NCBI RefSeq assembly: GCF_004010195.1
Contig: NC_057751.1
Coordinates: 14,986,373 to 15,050,372, forward strand
DNA length: 64,000 nt
Source: Chiloscyllium plagiosum
Lineage: Eukaryota
Direction: 5' to 3'
The position numbers and the translations under genes were made by a program. Positions within the stretch are counted from its first letter, which is position 1, and each line of letters begins with the position of its first letter. Below the pieces are notes generated by a model that ran no database searches, was not told the origin of the DNA, and was given only the letters and a program-made list of their open reading frames with translations. Positions 60,786 to 64,000 of the stretch are shown in pieces.

Positions 60786-60992
60786 TGGGAATGAACTGCC
60801 AGAGGAAGTGGTGGAGACTCGTACAATTGCAACATTTAAAAGACATCTGGATGGGTATATGAATAGGAAGGGTTTGGAGGGATATGGGCTGGGTGCTGGA
60901 AGGTGGGACGAGATTGGGTTGGGATATCTGGTCGGTATGGACGAGTTGGACTAAAGGGTCTGTTTCCGTGCTGTACATCTCTATGACTCTAA
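60786..60992 (+). mobile_element. CR1 LINE 3' tip
   Basis: NELPEEVVETRTIATFKRHLDGYMNRKGLEGYG and the standard 3' tail. Confidence 0.88.
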
Positions 60993-61307
60993 TTGACAGT
61001 TTTTATTTTACTTTTCAAAAGTGAAATTTAAGTGTTGACCATTTTATTTGGAGCCAATTGAATTTCCTCCATACAATGACAGAACTGCATCTCTCCCATC
61101 TCTTAATTTCCTCCTCCAGGATGAGATACAGTTGTGGAAAATACTGTGGATGTTGTAAATCTGACAGTGTCACTGGATAGAGTTAATGTTTTGAATCTGA
61201 TAGGATTTTTCTTCAGAACTGAAAAGGGTTAGAAAATGATGGTTTTTCTCTTGATGGCAAAGGGGGAAAAGGGAGTAAGGGAAACAGATTGTGATGGTCC
61301 CAAAACA

Positions 61308-61570
61308 CAGCACTAGGGTCCCAGGTTCGATTCCAGCCTCAGGCGACTGTCTGTGTGGAGTTTGCACATTCTCCCCATGTCTGTGTGGGTTTCCTCCCAC
61401 AGTCCGAAGATGTGCAGGATAGGTGAATTGGCCATGCTAAATTGCCCGTCGTGTTAAGTGCATTAGTCAGGGGTAAATGTAGGGGAATGGGTCTGGGTGG
61501 GTTGCTCTTCGGACGGTCAGTGTGGGCCGAAGGGCCTGTTTCCACACTGTAGGGAATCTAATCTAATCTA
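61308..61570 (+). mobile_element. HE1/V-SINE-type SINE, 5' truncated
   Basis: B-box ggttcgattcc, V core, (ATCTA)n tail. Confidence 0.85.
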
Positions 61571-61780
61571 AAAAAGCAAAAGACAATGGGGTTACTCATG
61601 GTGCTGAAGGAGAGATTAAAATGTGAACTTGACATAAATACTTGTATGGAAATGAGTCCATTGTGCTGCAGATCCATTAGCTTTGTAATGTATTGCTAGA
61701 TTTTCTAAAGCACAGAATGGAGGCATGCTCTTTTGCTTCTTTTCCATTTTCTTTTTAAATCGTTTGCTGTTTATCCTTAG

Positions 61781-61930
61781 GAGAGTTCACCCCCTCAACA
61801 TTCTGAAAGTCAGCATTATCTTAAAGCACACTCAAGATGTGGGACAGGCATTTGCCCAAAGCGATCCTTGTCACCTAGTCCACCAAAATCAGAGACTTGT
61901 GCTGAAATCGCAGAAAGCGATAACAGAGAG
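61781..61930 (+). CDS. ENKD1: ENKD1 coding exon 4
   Basis: ccttag|..|gtgaga; ESSPPQHSESQHYLKAHSRCGTGICPKRSLSPSPPKSETCAEIAESDNRE (LxAHSRCG is conserved). Confidence 0.92.
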
Positions 61931-62181
61931 GTGAGAATAGACTTGTCCAAACTCACTTTCTGCACTAACGTAACATTCATGGTCGCACTTCCAAAATATT
62001 TCATTGTGTAGAGCGTCCTAAAGCCACCAAAGCCATTATTGTATAAATGCAAGTTTTTTACTTCGTGCACTTTATGATGTATCAATTCAGATTTCCTTAT
62101 TTTAATTGTCCACTTTTTTTCTTAAATTTATTTTAAATGTAAATGATCAATTATTAATCTCCTTGTTGTTTTCTTTTCAAG

Positions 62182-62351
62182 ATTCAAGTCAAAGGTGTTA
62201 ATATTGATTTTGTGAGGCATAATGCTCAGAATGCAAGGAGAATGCCAGTGCGACGCTCCAAATCTCTGCAGTCACTTGCAGAAGTGCTTGATAGGAAAGA
62301 GAAGGAACAGCAGGAATATATAAGCAAGAACAAAGGCCAGCTTCCTCAGTA
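62182..62351 (+). CDS. ENKD1: ENKD1 coding exon 5
   Basis: tttcaag|..|gtaagc; IQVKGVNIDFVRHNAQNARRMPVRRSKSLQSLAEVLDRKEKEQQEYISKNKGQLPQ. Confidence 0.94.
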
Positions 62352-62992
62352 GTAAGCAGGGACTATTGGTATATTATAAACCTTACTGATCCTTTTTTTT
62401 CTCCCCCTCTCATCTTTTGCAATCATTTATTTAAACCAGTCCATTACTACTGCAGCACTGTGTGCATTTTTTTAATTCTAGAGACATTCTTGTCTTATCT
62501 TAAACTTCCATCTCTGGAACCATCAACATTTCTCCGTTTTATGCCGTCTTTGTCATAGTTCTTCTTAAATTTTGGAGACCCTCTAAAACTTGAAATCCAA
62601 TTTTTTAGATGTGCTTTCTGTCTCTGCATCTCAATATGTTAAAATTAAACTTAATGTAGAGTTTCTTTCTCTGTCTTATCCTCAGAGGTTCAATTCTCTC
62701 TGGCTTTCTTCCCTTCTGTGGTCTGCAAGCCTTTAACTCCAGGTTGACATTTGTTTATCACTAGTTCCTGATGTACCTTGTTTGCGCTTTTATTGATTTT
62801 CCATTTTGATTGTGATCTTTAGCCTTGGTTTTTCTCATTTGAAGGACAGAGTTATGAGTTGTTGTAACATGCACCACATATTGTTGAATTGCGTGCTTTA
62901 CCTATCTCCCTGTATTTTTCGCTTTTAATTGAATTTTTCTTTTTCCTAGTTTTCGGTTGAGGATACTTAATTCATATTTTGACTGTTTTCAG

Positions 62993-63129
62993 TTTGATTG
63001 ATCGGAGAAATCAATGGCGTAAAGAGGAAGAGGAACGAAAGAAGAATATCCCTGATCCGAGCATGCCTCCTGGACATACTAGGATGCCAGAGAATGAACG
63101 TTTGGAAACACTTCATTCCCTGCAACAAA
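62993..63129 (+). CDS. ENKD1: ENKD1 coding exon 6, enkurin domain; the final exon is beyond the window
   Basis: ttttcag|..|gtatgt; LIDRRNQWRKEEEERKKNIPDPSMPPGHTRMPENERLETLHSLQQ. Confidence 0.95.
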
Positions 63130-64000
63130 GTATGTGTGATAGGCTCGTTCTGATTTAATGGCAATCAATCAACCTAAAGTTGGTTAATCAATCTGTATTT
63201 TTTCATCAATTTCCTAAGCATGCACTGCTCTGCAAATTTGCTGCTTGTTCTTCAATCGTTAATGTAATAATTAGTTCACTTTTAAAAACCAGAGTTAGTT
63301 TCCAGTAGTTGCAGTTGTGGAATTTATAGTGATTTATGAGACAATTGCTGCTCATATGATATAAATGGTTCAGAGACCATCAAATAATATGAGCTTAGAG
63401 TTCTCCAGCTGTTGTTGTAACTTAATGTGAGTGCAATATCTGCACCATGAAGCACATAAATATTTCATGTGAACATCCAGGACCATGAGTTTTAGGGGTC
63501 TGTCATTACTGGAATCCTGTTGTTTGAACATTTATTTCGGATACTCCTGTGTGACACCCATTGATGAAACTGATATATTTGCTATCTTTTTAAAATTTAC
63601 TGATCAGTTCTTGTTAAAGCTCTCGAAGGCAGGAGACATTTTCTCCTGCAGATATACCAACTATTAAGGTAAAAAAGCTGTGTGAGTTTGACTCGCTGTT
63701 TGATACACCTGTGAAGAATTATTTCAAAAACTACACATCCAAATGCAGTTGGAAAGACAGTTGAGGAGCAGAGCACATTTTGCTCCCATACTATTTGCGA
63801 GTTTGCAGCTTTCATCTGGTCCATATGCTTGTTCAGCACCGATCCAAACTTTATATGTCACTGGACCTGACCTCCCATCAACCATGCCCCGAACCCATGC
63901 AGGGGGATTCCCATGGCTTGTACACCAAACTTTGTCCCCTTAAGTAAACTCTCTTATTGGACCCTTGTGTCTGGCATTGGCATTCCTGATGCCATTTCAA

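Noticed and set aside
63130..64000. Final ENKD1 exon
   Set aside because: No acceptor followed by enkurin C-terminal sequence was found; it is presumably downstream of the window.

Overview
Vertebrate genomic DNA, most likely from a cartilaginous fish (inferred from HE1/V-SINE-type SINEs and shark-type CR1 LINEs). Three spliced genes lie on the + strand. (1) The last 19 coding exons of IKBKB (IKK-beta; 5733-37155): kinase domain, ubiquitin-like domain, scaffold/dimerisation domain and the NEMO-binding LDWSWL motif. (2) A divergent group-X-type secreted phospholipase A2 homologue (three exons, 45903-49895). It keeps all 16 cysteines and His48/Asp99, but has Gln instead of Asp49 and a polybasic TRKKRRILI segment replacing the glycine-rich Ca2+ loop, so it is predicted to be non-catalytic or atypical. 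(3) ENKD1, from a CpG-rich, X-box-containing promoter near 50850 through six coding exons to 63129; the last exon lies beyond the window. Introns and intergenic DNA are full of CR1/L2-type LINE fragments, three SINE families, two solo-LTR candidates and satellites. Three families of short Penelope-like elements carry minimal hammerhead-ribozyme motifs, and several of them inserted as inverted pairs with target-site duplications inside host introns. All calls were made by eye; exon numbering follows the recalled mammalian gene structure.
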